Source: Gemmatimonas sp.
Lineage (GTDB): Bacteria > Gemmatimonadota > Gemmatimonadetes > Gemmatimonadales > Gemmatimonadaceae
Direction of reading: 5' to 3'
Assembly: GCA_046590495.1 (NCBI GenBank)
Contig: JBKJTE010000029.1
Span: 329 to 64,328 of the forward strand
DNA length: 64,000 nt
Part shown: one piece after another, positions 41,040 to 50,921 of the stretch
Layout of the letters: every line of letters starts with the position of its first letter
Numbering within the stretch: the stretch's first letter is position 1
The notes under the pieces: model-generated
Told to the model about the DNA's origin: nothing
Database searches by the model: none
Seen by the model: the letters and a program-made list of their open reading frames with translations, nothing else
Program-made: the position numbers and the translations under genes

Positions 41040-42296
41040 CTATTCGTGTCGGAGTGCTTCGATCGGATCCAGCTGCGATGCGCGCATGGCCGGGAGCATA
41101 CCGAACGCCACGCCGGTGATGGCGCTGGCCACGAGCGCCGTGACGACAATGTTCAGCGGCAGCGTGGCAGGGATCGGGCTGTTGGCGCGAATCGCCCAGG
41201 CAAGCAGCGCGCCGATGACGAGGCCGATGATCGCCCCGATGGACGTCAGCGTGGCCGCCTCGACGAGAAATTGCCAGCGGATGGTGCCTGCGGTCGCGCC
41301 CAGTGCCTTGCGAACGCCGATTTCACGCGTGCGCTCGGTGACCGAGATCATCATGATCGCCACGACCCCGACGCCACCAACGAGCAGCGCCACCGCCGAC
41401 AGCGCCAACCCGACGGCGAAGATCGCGCCGAAGAGTTGGTTGAACGTGTCCATGATGCGATCCTGCTCGACAAGGTAGAAGTCGGCACGGTCGCCGGGTT
41501 TGAGTCCGCGGCGGGCGCGCATCGCCGCCTGCACTTCGTCCATTACTTCGCTCTGCACGGCGTCGCCGTATGGGCGCACCAGTAGGGAAAGTCCCCGCTT
41601 GAAGGCGTCGAGATGGCGCACCGAACTCTGCAACGGAATGATCGCGCGCGGCGTATCGGGACCCTTTCCCTCGAGCGTCTTGAGGAAGCCGGCCTTCGGG
41701 TGATAGATGCCGATCACGGTGAACTGCTGGCCGTTGATCTGCACCTCCTTACCAATCGGTTCGGACTGCCCGAAGAGCTGCGCCTTGAGGGTGTCGTTGA
41801 CCAGAATGACGGGCTGCCCGGCGTCGTGCTCGTTCTTGGTAAAGTTGCGACCGGGGAAGATGTCAGCGGCGTCGACCATCGGCCATTCGCTGCTGTACGC
41901 ATCGTAACCGACATTGTCGATGCGGCTGTTGCGATAGGCGAAGTTGCCCGAGCCCCCAAGCACTCCGATGACGGTCTCGACGCCCGGCACGCGCTTGATC
42001 ATCTCCCACTCCGCGAACGAGATCGCGGGATTGCGCCGGTCAGGACATTTCTCGTCGGTGCCGTCGCAGGCGTTGATGCCGGTGCCTTGGCGCTGCACGA
42101 TGAACGTGGTCGCGCCGATGGCCTGCAGGTCTTGCTGGAAGGACTGTTTGATGCCGTTGACGACGGCACCCATGGCCACCACCACGAATACACCGATGGC
42201 GACGCCGGCGATGGTCAGCGCGGCGCGCACCTTGTTGATGCGGATCGCCTCGAAGGCCATACCGACGCCTTCAAAGATCAGGAGGAGTTTGTTCAC
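41040..42296 (-). CDS. FtsX/MacB-type ABC permease, B-type copy 3
   Basis: GTG at 42296 (VNKLLLIFEGVGMAFEAIRINKVRAALTIAGVAIGVFVVVAMG...). Periplasmic ACDGTDEKC motif, ERTREIGVRKALGA, C-terminal LDPIEALRHE. Confidence 0.85.
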   Translation of the reverse strand: MNKLLLIFEGVGMAFEAIRINKVRAALTIAGVAIGVFVVVAMGAVVNGIKQSFQQDLQAIGATTFIVQRQGTGINACDGTDEKCPDRRNPAISFAEWEMIKRVPGVETVIGVLGGSGNFAYRNSRIDNVGYDAYSSEWPMVDAADIFPGRNFTKNEHDAGQPVILVNDTLKAQLFGQSEPIGKEVQINGQQFTVIGIYHPKAGFLKTLEGKGPDTPRAIIPLQSSVRHLDAFKRGLSLLVRPYGDAVQSEVMDEVQAAMRARRGLKPGDRADFYLVEQDRIMDTFNQLFGAIFAVGLALSAVALLVGGVGVVAIMMISVTERTREIGVRKALGATAGTIRWQFLVEAATLTSIGAIIGLVIGALLAWAIRANSPIPATLPLNIVVTALVASAITGVAFGMLPAMRASQLDPIEALRHE

Positions 42297-42300
42297 GCGA

Positions 42301-43542
42301 CTATTCCTGACGCAGGGCGGTGATGGGATCGAGCTTGGATGCCCGACTGGCTGGATACATACCGGCCGCAATGCCGACGCCAGCGCCAGTGAGAAGTGCG
42401 GCGCCGATGGACCACGGCGCGACCGCTGCCGGAAGCGGTGTGAGGACGGAGATGAGGTACGCCAGCCCGATGCCGAGGGCGATACCGATCGCGGCGCCCA
42501 GCACGCTGAGCGTGGTCGCCTCGACAAGGAATTGCGACAGGATATCGCTCCGCTTCGCGCCGAGTGCTTTGCGGATGCCGATCTCGCGCGTGCGTTCCGC
42601 GACCGCGACCAACATGATGTTCATGATCACCATCGCACCCACGACGAGACTGATCGCGGGCAGCGCCGTTCCGAAAAGCACCAAACGTCCTTTCAACTCG
42701 TTGATGAAGCCGAAGGCGGCGTCCTGCGTGACGAGGCCAAAGTCGTCGGCCTCGCCCGCGCGCAGCCCGCGAATGGAGCGCAGCGCACCGCGCGCCAGTT
42801 CGATTCCCTCGTCGATCTCGGGGCGCGTATTCGCCTGCACGATCAGCGAACCGATATCACCGCGCGGTTTGATGATGCGCCCCATGGGCGACGTGCGCGG
42901 CGCAATGGCGAGCCGGTCCAGCGAGAACCCAAAAACAGAGCCCTGCTTTTCCACGACACCGATCACGGTGAAGGGGATGCCGGCGATGCGCAGTTGGCGT
43001 CCTTCGGCATTGAGCCCCGGAAAGAAATGCTCCGCGACTTCGACACCAATCACGATGACCGGCGACCCTGTTCGCACTTCCTGGTCGGTGAACGCGCGAC
43101 CCGTGGTGATGCCGAACTTCTTGATGGTGAAGTAGTCGGCGTCGGTGGCGACGGTCTGCACCTGCTTCGGGCGCGCACCGGGCGCACTCGCGTAGGTGAA
43201 CGACTCCGAAGTCGCCGCCGACGGCATCGTTGGCGGGAGTGCGGCGCGAACGGCGTCGATATCGGTCATCAGGATGAGCGGACGACGTGACGCCATGCGT
43301 GAATCGGCGCCACGCGGCCCCCCAGGGCCGACGTTATCGAACCGACGGAGCGTAAAGGTATTCGCGGCGATCAGTCTTCCGGCGAAATCTTCTTCCACGT
43401 AGCGCCCCATCCCCTCGACGATCGACACGACGGCGATGAGGAACATCACGCCGATCGTGACCCCGAGGAGGGTGAACGCGCTCTTCAGCTTTTGGACACG
43501 AAGCTGGGACAGGGCAAGGCCGATCGCATCACGAGTCTTCAC
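42301..43542 (-). CDS. FtsX/MacB-type ABC permease, A-type copy 3
   Basis: (GTG start) KTRDAIGLALSQLRVQKLKSAFTLLGVTIGVMFLIAVVSIVEGM..., ERTREIGIRKALGA, LDPITALRQE. Confidence 0.85.
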   Translation of the reverse strand: MKTRDAIGLALSQLRVQKLKSAFTLLGVTIGVMFLIAVVSIVEGMGRYVEEDFAGRLIAANTFTLRRFDNVGPGGPRGADSRMASRRPLILMTDIDAVRAALPPTMPSAATSESFTYASAPGARPKQVQTVATDADYFTIKKFGITTGRAFTDQEVRTGSPVIVIGVEVAEHFFPGLNAEGRQLRIAGIPFTVIGVVEKQGSVFGFSLDRLAIAPRTSPMGRIIKPRGDIGSLIVQANTRPEIDEGIELARGALRSIRGLRAGEADDFGLVTQDAAFGFINELKGRLVLFGTALPAISLVVGAMVIMNIMLVAVAERTREIGIRKALGAKRSDILSQFLVEATTLSVLGAAIGIALGIGLAYLISVLTPLPAAVAPWSIGAALLTGAGVGIAAGMYPASRASKLDPITALRQE

Positions 43543-43606
43543 CTCTCAACAATAACGCCCCGCGCTCCAGCGCACCGTCTCAACATGCCCCACGCGCACC
43601 GTTCAA

Positions 43607-44872
43607 CTACTCGTGGCGCAGCGCCTCGATCGGGTCCAGGCGCGAGGCTCGAAGGGCCGGGGCCGTGCCAAACACCACGCCTGTCAGAATGCTGGCGCCC
43701 AAGGCCATGAAGATGGCCGACGCGGGAATGGACGTCGGCACCGGCGTGTAGGTGCGGACGGCCCACGCCAGCATGCTCCCGATGATCAGCCCAACCGACG
43801 CGCCGATCGACGTCAGTGTCGCGGCTTCGACCAGAAACTGCCAGAGGATTGTGGCTCGAGTCGCGCCCAGCGCTTTACGCACCCCGATTTCGCGAGTTCG
43901 CTCGGTTACAGAGATCATCATGATCGCGACGACGCCAACACCGCCCACCATCAGCCCGACGCCTGAAAGCGCGAGGCCGACCAGGAAGATCGCGCCAAAG
44001 AGCTGGTTGAAGGTGTCGAGCATGCGGTCTTGCGCGACGATGGCAAAGTTGCTGGGCTGACCGGGCTTGAGCCCACGGGCGCCGCGCAACAGCTCCGTCA
44101 CACCGTCCATCACGGCCGCCTGATTCGCGCCGTCACGCGGCTTTACCATGAGCATCAGCCCGCGCCGCCAGACGTCGAGATGACGGTAGGCAGTCATCAT
44201 CGGGAGAATCGCGCGCGGCTTGTCGGGGCCTCGGCCGTCCATCGTCTTGAGAAAACCGGCCTTCGTGTGAAAGACGCCGATGACTTTGAACTGCTTTCCC
44301 TCGACGGAAATCAGCTTGCCGATGGGATCAGAGTCGCCGAAGAGTCGATTCTTGAGCGTGTCGTTCACCAGCGCGACCTGCGCGCCTGCATCATGCTCGG
44401 CGCTCGAAAAACTGCGGCCGGGCGAGATGTCGGCAACGTCGGTCTGAATCCAGTCGGTGCTTTGCGCGTCGTAGCCGACGTTCTTGAGCTCGTGACCGCG
44501 GTATTCGACCGTCGTCTCGCCCGACAGCCACGCGGTCGCCGTTTGCACGGTCGGCTGGCGCCGGATTGCTTGCCATTCGCCGAGTGTAATCGCCGGATTC
44601 TTGCGATCCGGACAGGTGTCATCGGTGCCATCGCAATTGCCGAGACTCACCCCGCGGCGGCGGACCTGAAAGGCAGTCGCACCAAACTCGTCGAGGTCGG
44701 CCTGAAAGCTCTGTCGAATGCCATTTACGGTCGCGCCCATCGCCACCACAACGAAGACGCCAATCGCGACACCGGCGATGGTGAGCGACGCACGCACTTT
44801 GTTGGCGCGCATCGCATCAAGCGCCATCCCCATCCCTTCCAGCGCCATGAAGACGCGATCGATCAGTCGCAT
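43607..44872 (-). CDS. FtsX/MacB-type ABC permease, B-type copy 2
   Basis: ATG at 44872 (MRLIDRVFMALEGMGMALDAMRANKVRASLTIAGVAIGVFVVVAMG...). Periplasmic NCDGTDDTC motif, C-terminal LDPIEALRHE. Confidence 0.85.
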   Translation of the reverse strand: MRLIDRVFMALEGMGMALDAMRANKVRASLTIAGVAIGVFVVVAMGATVNGIRQSFQADLDEFGATAFQVRRRGVSLGNCDGTDDTCPDRKNPAITLGEWQAIRRQPTVQTATAWLSGETTVEYRGHELKNVGYDAQSTDWIQTDVADISPGRSFSSAEHDAGAQVALVNDTLKNRLFGDSDPIGKLISVEGKQFKVIGVFHTKAGFLKTMDGRGPDKPRAILPMMTAYRHLDVWRRGLMLMVKPRDGANQAAVMDGVTELLRGARGLKPGQPSNFAIVAQDRMLDTFNQLFGAIFLVGLALSGVGLMVGGVGVVAIMMISVTERTREIGVRKALGATRATILWQFLVEAATLTSIGASVGLIIGSMLAWAVRTYTPVPTSIPASAIFMALGASILTGVVFGTAPALRASRLDPIEALRHE

Positions 44873-44876
44873 GCCG

Positions 44877-46112
44877 CTATTCCTGACGGAGAGCCGCGAT
44901 GGGATCGAGGCGCGCGGCGCGGCTCGCGGGATAGATACCGGCAACAATACCGACGCCGGCGCCCACGGTCAGCGCGGCCAGAATGGACCACGGCGCAACG
45001 GCAGCAGGTAGCGGCGTCGTCGCGGCTATGATGGCGGCGAGACCGATACCGAGCGCAATACCGAGCGCGGCACCGACGACACTGAGCGTTGCCGATTCGA
45101 CAAGGAACTGCGAAAGGATGTCGCGGCGCCGTGCGCCGAGTGCTTTGCGCACGCCGATTTCACGCGTGCGTTCTGCGACGGCCACGAGCATGATGTTCAT
45201 GATCACCATCGCACCAACGACAAGCCCGATCGCGGGCAGCGCTGTGCCGAAGATGACCATCTTCGATTTGATGTCGTCGAAGAAGGCCATCGCTTCGTCC
45301 TGCGTTTCGAGCGCAAAGTTATCGGCTTTACGAGGCGGCAGCTTCCGCGCAGCTCGAAGGACTTCACGTGCCACGTCGATCCCGTCTGTGACAAGCAGCG
45401 CCGTCGGCGCCTGCACAACCATCGTCTCGATGTCGCCAGCCGGCATGATCGCGCGTTGCAGTGGACTTGTGTACGGGGCGATCGCCATCCGGTCGAGTGA
45501 GAAGCCGAATACGGTGCCTTGCTTCTCGATGATGCCTATCACCTCGTACGGAACGCCATTGATGCGCAACTCGCGGCCTATCGGATCGAGTCCCCTGAAG
45601 AAATGCTCGGCGACTTCGACTCCGATCACGACCACTGTCGAACCTGCGTTCACCTCCTGCGCGCCGAACGCTCGTCCGCGTTCGACGTTGAACTTCTTGA
45701 TCGTGAAGTAGTCCGCTTCAGTCGCGATCGCCTGCACCTGCCTCGGCCGATTGAACTGCGACGTTGCATTGATGAAGCTCTCGCTGGTGATCGCCGAGCG
45801 CGATCCCTGTGGCAACACACTTCGCACCAGTGCAGCATCGTTGGCGAACAGGCGCGGGCGACGCTGAATTTCACGCCAGTCGACGTTGTCGTCGTCGCTG
45901 AAGTTGTTCCAGCGGCGCAGCGTGAACGTGTTCACGCCAAAGAGCTTGCCGGCAAAATCGTTCTCGACGTAATTGCTCATCCCCTGCACGATCGACACGA
46001 CGGCAATCAGAAACATCACACCGATCGTCACACCGATCAGCGTGAAAAAGCTCTTGAGCTTCTGCACGCGAATGGTGTTGAGCGCCAGTCGAACGGCTTC
46101 GAGGAAAGGCAT
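44877..46112 (-). CDS. FtsX/MacB-type ABC permease, A-type copy 2
   Basis: MPFLEAVRLALNTIRVQKLKSFFTLIGVTIGVMFLIAVVSIVQGM..., ERTREIGVRKALGA, LDPIAALRQE. Confidence 0.87.
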   Translation of the reverse strand: MPFLEAVRLALNTIRVQKLKSFFTLIGVTIGVMFLIAVVSIVQGMSNYVENDFAGKLFGVNTFTLRRWNNFSDDDNVDWREIQRRPRLFANDAALVRSVLPQGSRSAITSESFINATSQFNRPRQVQAIATEADYFTIKKFNVERGRAFGAQEVNAGSTVVVIGVEVAEHFFRGLDPIGRELRINGVPYEVIGIIEKQGTVFGFSLDRMAIAPYTSPLQRAIMPAGDIETMVVQAPTALLVTDGIDVAREVLRAARKLPPRKADNFALETQDEAMAFFDDIKSKMVIFGTALPAIGLVVGAMVIMNIMLVAVAERTREIGVRKALGARRRDILSQFLVESATLSVVGAALGIALGIGLAAIIAATTPLPAAVAPWSILAALTVGAGVGIVAGIYPASRAARLDPIAALRQE

Positions 46113-46124
46113 CAGCTCGACCGG

Positions 46125-47378
46125 TTATTCGTAGCGGAGGGCGTCGACAGGATCGAGGCGTGAGGCGCGGCTCGCGGGCAGCAGACCAAACAGAATCCCA
46201 GTCACGCAGCTCGCCCCCAGTGCCGCGACAACCGCGAGTGGCGGGATGGATGCTTCGACGGGGGTGAAGCTCCGAATGAGCAGCGCACCGAGCCAGCCGA
46301 CCGAGAGACCGATCGCGCCGCCGATACCGGTGAGGGTGGCTGCTTCTACAAGGAATTGCCATAGAATGGTCGCCCGTGTCGCGCCGAGTGCTTTGCGCAC
46401 TCCGATTTCGCGCGTGCGCTCGGTTACGGAGATCATCATGATCGCCACCACGCCCACGCCACCGACGATCAGCCCGACTGCCGAGAGTGCGATCATCACG
46501 AGAAAGAACATGCCAAAGATTTTGTCGTACGTTTCCATCAGCTTGTCCTGCGTGATGATCGCGAACGACGACTCATCGTTGGGGCGCAGCCCGCGCTGAC
46601 CCCGCAGTGACGCGGTGACATCGTCGACGGCCTGATCGCGCGTGACGTTTTCGCGCGGCTTGATGGCGAGCGCGATGTTACTGGACCGCGCCCCGACGTA
46701 GCGGATCAAGGCGTTCACAGGCACAACAGCTTTGGGACGCTCGCCGCCGGAAAGAAAGCTCGCGTTGTCTTTGTAGACCCCGATCACTTCGAACGGAACA
46801 CCGTTCATGGTGATCATCTTGCCGATGGGATCGAGCTCGTCGAAGAGGCGCTCCTTCATCAGCGTCGAGATCACGGCAACACGCGCACCGGTACGCGCTT
46901 CAGCCGTAGTGAACGCGCGCCCCGGGAATATTTCCGGGGCACTGATAGCGGTCCATTCGGCGGAGTATCCCTCGAGTGGCGCCGACGAGAGGTTGCGTTC
47001 GCGGAACTTCACGGACGCACTCCAGTCGAGACGCGAACCGACGGTCTCGAGCGTCGACAGGCGTTGCAGCGCCTCGATCTCTGCTGGACGGATCGGCGGA
47101 TTGCGTAGCCAACGACACGTATCGTCCGAGCCGTCGCAATTCTCAAAGCTGATGGGATAGCGCGAGACGAAAAAGGTTGTTGGACCCGTGCTCGCGAAAT
47201 CCTTGGCAACGGACTCGTTGATCCCGTGCACGGCCGCCGACATCTCAACGACAACGAACACTCCGACCGCGATACCAAGAATCGTCAGCCCGGCGCGAAC
47301 GCGGTTGGCGCGGATCGCATCGAGTGCAATACGAACGCCTTCACCTACCGCTGAGAGTCGAGTGGAAAAAGCGGTCAT
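46125..47378 (-). CDS. FtsX/MacB-type ABC permease, B-type copy 1
   Basis: MTAFSTRLSAVGEGVRIALDAIRANRVRAGLTILGIAVGVFVVVEMS..., periplasmic NCDGSDDTC, LDPVDALRYE. Confidence 0.87.
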   Translation of the reverse strand: MTAFSTRLSAVGEGVRIALDAIRANRVRAGLTILGIAVGVFVVVEMSAAVHGINESVAKDFASTGPTTFFVSRYPISFENCDGSDDTCRWLRNPPIRPAEIEALQRLSTLETVGSRLDWSASVKFRERNLSSAPLEGYSAEWTAISAPEIFPGRAFTTAEARTGARVAVISTLMKERLFDELDPIGKMITMNGVPFEVIGVYKDNASFLSGGERPKAVVPVNALIRYVGARSSNIALAIKPRENVTRDQAVDDVTASLRGQRGLRPNDESSFAIITQDKLMETYDKIFGMFFLVMIALSAVGLIVGGVGVVAIMMISVTERTREIGVRKALGATRATILWQFLVEAATLTGIGGAIGLSVGWLGALLIRSFTPVEASIPPLAVVAALGASCVTGILFGLLPASRASRLDPVDALRYE

Positions 47379-47381
47379 CGA

Positions 47382-48629
47382 CTACTCCTGACGCAACGCG
47401 GTGATAGGATCGAGGCGCGACGCACGACTCGCGGGATAGACGCCGGCGACGATGCCAACGCCGGCACCGAGCAGCACACCGACCACGATCGACCAGGGCG
47501 CCACACTCGCGGGCAGCGGAGACACGGCGGCAATCAACTTCGCCAACCCGATACCCAGCGCCACGCCGACGGCGGAACCAACCGTGCCGAGCGTTGAGGC
47601 TTCGATGAGAAACTGCGACAGGATGTCGCGACGACGTGCGCCGAGGGCTTTGCGGATGCCGATCTCACGCGTGCGTTCAGAGACGGCGACGAGCATGATG
47701 TTCATGATCACGATCGAACCGACGACCAGACCGATCGCCGGCAGCGCGATACCGGCGAGCACGAGATAGCGTTTGATCTTGTTCCAGAACTCGAGCGCGG
47801 AGTCTGCAGTCTGGAGCGAGAAGTCATCCTTTTGCGCGGGGCGCAAGCGATGCAATCCACGCATCGTCGCACGGACGTTCTCCATCGTTTCCTTCATCGC
47901 CGCTTCACTCGGCGACTGCACCATGACCGCATCGACGATATTCGGGCGCGAATTCAACAGTCGGCGCGCCTGTGAGTGCCAGGGAGCGACCATGAAGTTG
48001 TCGAACGACATACCGAGGGCGCTCCCCTGTGGTTCGGCGATACCGATGACCTGGTACGGCACCCCGCCCAGTTTTACTTCACGCCCGATCGGATCGAGCG
48101 ACGGGAACAGACGCTTCGCTGCATCGACACCGATGACGACGACCTTTTCGCCGCGTTGCAGCTCCTGTGGCGTCATGATGCGTCCCTGTGTCACGCCAAG
48201 TTTCTTCATCTCGAAGTACGCGCCGTCGATCGCAGTCACGCGTACGCTGCGTGGTTTGCCACCTGTCGCCGTTGAAACCTGGACATTGTCCTCGCTCGTG
48301 ATTGCCCACTTCACGTCGTCAGGCAGCGCCTTCACGACCGGTGGCACTTCACTGATATCGAGGCGCGGACGACGACGGAATTCTTCCCACGTCGCTTCAT
48401 CCATATCGCCCATGTTGATGTTGGGACGATTGCGCAATTCGAACGTATTGACGCCGATCAACTTGCCGACGAGATCGTCTTCCATGTAGCGCCCCATCCC
48501 CTCGACGATCGAGACGACGGAGATGAGAAACATGACGCCGATGCAGACGCCGAGCAGCGTGAACGCGCTCTTGAGCTTTTGCGTGATGATGGTGCGTAGC
48601 GCCAGCCGGATGGCGTCGAATAATGGCAT
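47382..48629 (-). CDS. FtsX/MacB-type ABC permease, A-type copy 1
   Basis: ATG at 48629 (MPLFDAIRLALRTIITQKLKSAFTLLGVCIGVMFLISVVSIVEGM...). ERTREIGIRKALGA, LDPITALRQE. Confidence 0.87.
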   Translation of the reverse strand: MPLFDAIRLALRTIITQKLKSAFTLLGVCIGVMFLISVVSIVEGMGRYMEDDLVGKLIGVNTFELRNRPNINMGDMDEATWEEFRRRPRLDISEVPPVVKALPDDVKWAITSEDNVQVSTATGGKPRSVRVTAIDGAYFEMKKLGVTQGRIMTPQELQRGEKVVVIGVDAAKRLFPSLDPIGREVKLGGVPYQVIGIAEPQGSALGMSFDNFMVAPWHSQARRLLNSRPNIVDAVMVQSPSEAAMKETMENVRATMRGLHRLRPAQKDDFSLQTADSALEFWNKIKRYLVLAGIALPAIGLVVGSIVIMNIMLVAVSERTREIGIRKALGARRRDILSQFLIEASTLGTVGSAVGVALGIGLAKLIAAVSPLPASVAPWSIVVGVLLGAGVGIVAGVYPASRASRLDPITALRQE

Positions 48630-48738
48630 GCGGTGGCCTCGCGGCGCGTAAGGGTCTGCGAGGAGATACGGGCCGCCGGGGCGAGAGTTTCGCCCGCGGT
48701 GATCTCGTGTGCTCCCGCACAGTGGATATCCCGAACGC

Positions 48739-48770
48739 ACACGAGGCGCTCACATGTGAGCGCCTCGTGT
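48739..48770. repeat. Perfect 32-nt palindrome in the 181-nt gap between the ABC ATPase gene and the first permease gene
   Basis: ACACGAGGCGCTCACA|TGTGAGCGCCTCGTGT gives 16/16 complementary positions, checked base by base. An A7/T7 run lies 13 nt away (48784-48790). Confidence 0.9.
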
Positions 48771-48810
48771 CGGTCCTTCACACAAAAAAAGGTGGCGCCT
48801 TTAAGAATGG

Positions 48811-49620
48811 TCAGCGCTGCGGCATCGGAAGTCCCACTTTCTCCGCAAACTGCTCGCGGCGTTCGTCACTTGAGATCACGCCGTCACGCAGCACGATGAC
48901 ACGACGGGCGTGCGCCGCAATGTCCGGTTCGTGTGTCACCATGACGACCGTCTGCCCGTTGCGCGCGAGTTCTTCAAAGACGCGCATGATTTCTTCGGAC
49001 GTCTGCGAGTCGAGGTTGCCGGTCGGTTCGTCCGCGAGCAGAATGGACGGGCGATTGACCAAGGCACGCGCGATGGCGACACGCTGGCGCTGGCCGCCGG
49101 AGAGTTCGTTCGGACGGTGTCCCATGCGCTCACCGAGTTGTACCCGGTCGAGTGCTTCGGATGCGCGCGCTTTGCGTTCGCTGGCGGAAACTCCGGCGTA
49201 AACGAGAGGCAGTTCCACGTTCTGTAGCGCCGACGCGCGAGGCAGCAAGTTGAACGTCTGGAAGACGAAGCCGATTTCCTTGTTACGAACGCGTGCGAGC
49301 TGGTCGTCGGACATCGTGCTGACCAGCATGCCGTTGAGCCAATACTCGCCTTCGTTTGGCGTATCGAGGCAGCCGATGAGATTCATCAGCGTCGACTTGC
49401 CCGAGCCTGACGGACCCATGATCGCCACGTACTCATTGCGGCGGATGGCGAGATCGACGCCGCGAAGCGCGCGCACGATTTCACCACCCATGTCGTACTG
49501 CCGTTTGAGTCCGCGCGTGACAATGACCCAGTCATTGTCCGGGGTAGCGCCTGGAACGCTGAGAACAGCGCGACGTTCGCCGGTGGTGCTTAGGCCAATG
49601 TCGTCAAGCGTATCGGTCAT
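48811..49620 (-). CDS. ABC transporter ATP-binding protein (MacB-NBD / LolD-like, stand-alone)
   Basis: Walker [10 protein letters not shown], signature [15 protein letters not shown], Walker [17 protein letters not shown] overlap with the adaptor gene stop. Confidence 0.93.
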   Translation of the reverse strand: MTDTLDDIGLSTTGERRAVLSVPGATPDNDWVIVTRGLKRQYDMGGEIVRALRGVDLAIRRNEYVAIMGPSGSGKSTLMNLIGCLDTPNEGEYWLNGMLVSTMSDDQLARVRNKEIGFVFQTFNLLPRASALQNVELPLVYAGVSASERKARASEALDRVQLGERMGHRPNELSGGQRQRVAIARALVNRPSILLADEPTGNLDSQTSEEIMRVFEELARNGQTVVMVTHEPDIAAHARRVIVLRDGVISSDERREQFAEKVGLPMPQR

Positions 49621-50909
49621 GATTTCTTTGCCGGTGCCGGAGTCTTCTTCTCGTCTGGCTTTGCGACCTTGATCAGCGCGCCGTCCTTCAACTCACGGAT
49701 TGCCTGGTAGGTGCCCGCCACGATGTTGTCGCCGGCCTTGAGTCCATCAAGCACTTCGAAGTGCCGCTCGCCGGCGATCCCCACCTTTACGGGGCGGAAG
49801 GTCACTTTGTTGTCCGTCCCGACCACGAAGACTCCCTCGACGTCGCGCTTGCCGACTTCCTTTGCCGGCTGCCCACGGCCCACGGTCACAGCTGTGTCCG
49901 CGTTCGGGAGCTTCTCGTTCTCACGAACGGTCAGCGCTATGATCGGAATCGACAGCGCGTTCTTGCGATTCGCCGTCACGATCTTGGCCGTCGCGGAGAA
50001 GTCGGGGCGGGTTTCCTTGGGCGGGTTCAGCAACTGCACGCGGACTTCGTAATCGATCGCCTGATCGCTCGTAGCCGTGGTGCTGCCGCTTTTAGCGACG
50101 GAGCTGTTGGAGATTTCAATCACCCGGCCGATGAACGTCGTGTCGGGGAAGGCGTCGATCTGGATGATGGCCGAATCGCCGACGCTGATGCGTGCGACAT
50201 CGGTCTCATCAACCTTGACCTTCGTTTCGAGCACACTCATGTCGCTGATGGTGAGGAGCGTCGCCGCGTCCTTGTTCAGCGTACCCATGATCGCCGTTTC
50301 GCCTTCTTCGACGACGAGGCGCGTGATTTTGCCGCTCATCGGCGCGATGATCCTTGTGCGCGTGAGCGCCTGTCGCGCGTCGCGGACGGATGCGACCGCC
50401 TGTACGACGCCAAACTGTGCCGCTTCGGCGAGCGCCTTGCTCACTTCCGTCTGCGTCTTGAGCTGTTCGAGCTGCTCTTCCGAAACGCCGAGCGCCGCCG
50501 ATGACTTGAGCGCGACCTGACGCTCGTAGTTTTTCTGCGCCTGGATCAAGTTGGCGCGCGACTGCGCTTCCTGAGCCCTCGTTGAAGCGAGGCCGGCTTC
50601 GGCGCGCTGGAGAGCGGCCTGCACCTGCTCGGGGTCGATCTGGAGCAGGAACTGCCCCTTCTTGACGATGTCGCCTTCCTTCACCGCAAGGCGCACGATC
50701 TTGCCGGTGACGTCCGCGGACACGTTGACCTTTACGCGGGGCTGAATCTGTCCGCTCGCCGTGACTGATGCGACCAAGTCACGCGACTCCACCTTTTCAG
50801 TGCGCACTTCGACAGGCTTGGACTTGTTCTTCTGGTTGCTGACGTAGGCCAGGGCTGCAACGGCGATAACGATCACGCCGCCAATCCCGAACTTAACGGT
50901 CCTGGTCAT
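49617..50909 (-). CDS. Periplasmic adaptor (membrane fusion protein, MacA/HlyD family)
   Basis: N-terminal TM anchor, a lipoyl / alpha-hairpin (coiled-coil-rich AQ..LE repeats) / beta-barrel layout, and its position between the OMP and the ATPase. Confidence 0.88.
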   Translation of the reverse strand: MTRTVKFGIGGVIVIAVAALAYVSNQKNKSKPVEVRTEKVESRDLVASVTASGQIQPRVKVNVSADVTGKIVRLAVKEGDIVKKGQFLLQIDPEQVQAALQRAEAGLASTRAQEAQSRANLIQAQKNYERQVALKSSAALGVSEEQLEQLKTQTEVSKALAEAAQFGVVQAVASVRDARQALTRTRIIAPMSGKITRLVVEEGETAIMGTLNKDAATLLTISDMSVLETKVKVDETDVARISVGDSAIIQIDAFPDTTFIGRVIEISNSSVAKSGSTTATSDQAIDYEVRVQLLNPPKETRPDFSATAKIVTANRKNALSIPIIALTVRENEKLPNADTAVTVGRGQPAKEVGKRDVEGVFVVGTDNKVTFRPVKVGIAGERHFEVLDGLKAGDNIVAGTYQAIRELKDGALIKVAKPDEKKTPAPAKKS

Positions 50910-50921
50910 GAATTCTTCCGG

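Noticed and set aside
38524-48629. The eight-permease array as an assembly or collapse artefact of a repeated gene.
   Set aside because: The copies are clearly diverged at the protein level, especially in the periplasmic loops and even at the termini (LRYE, LRHE, LRQE, MRAET). Each has its own distinct junction sequence. Misassembly of identical repeats would not produce this.
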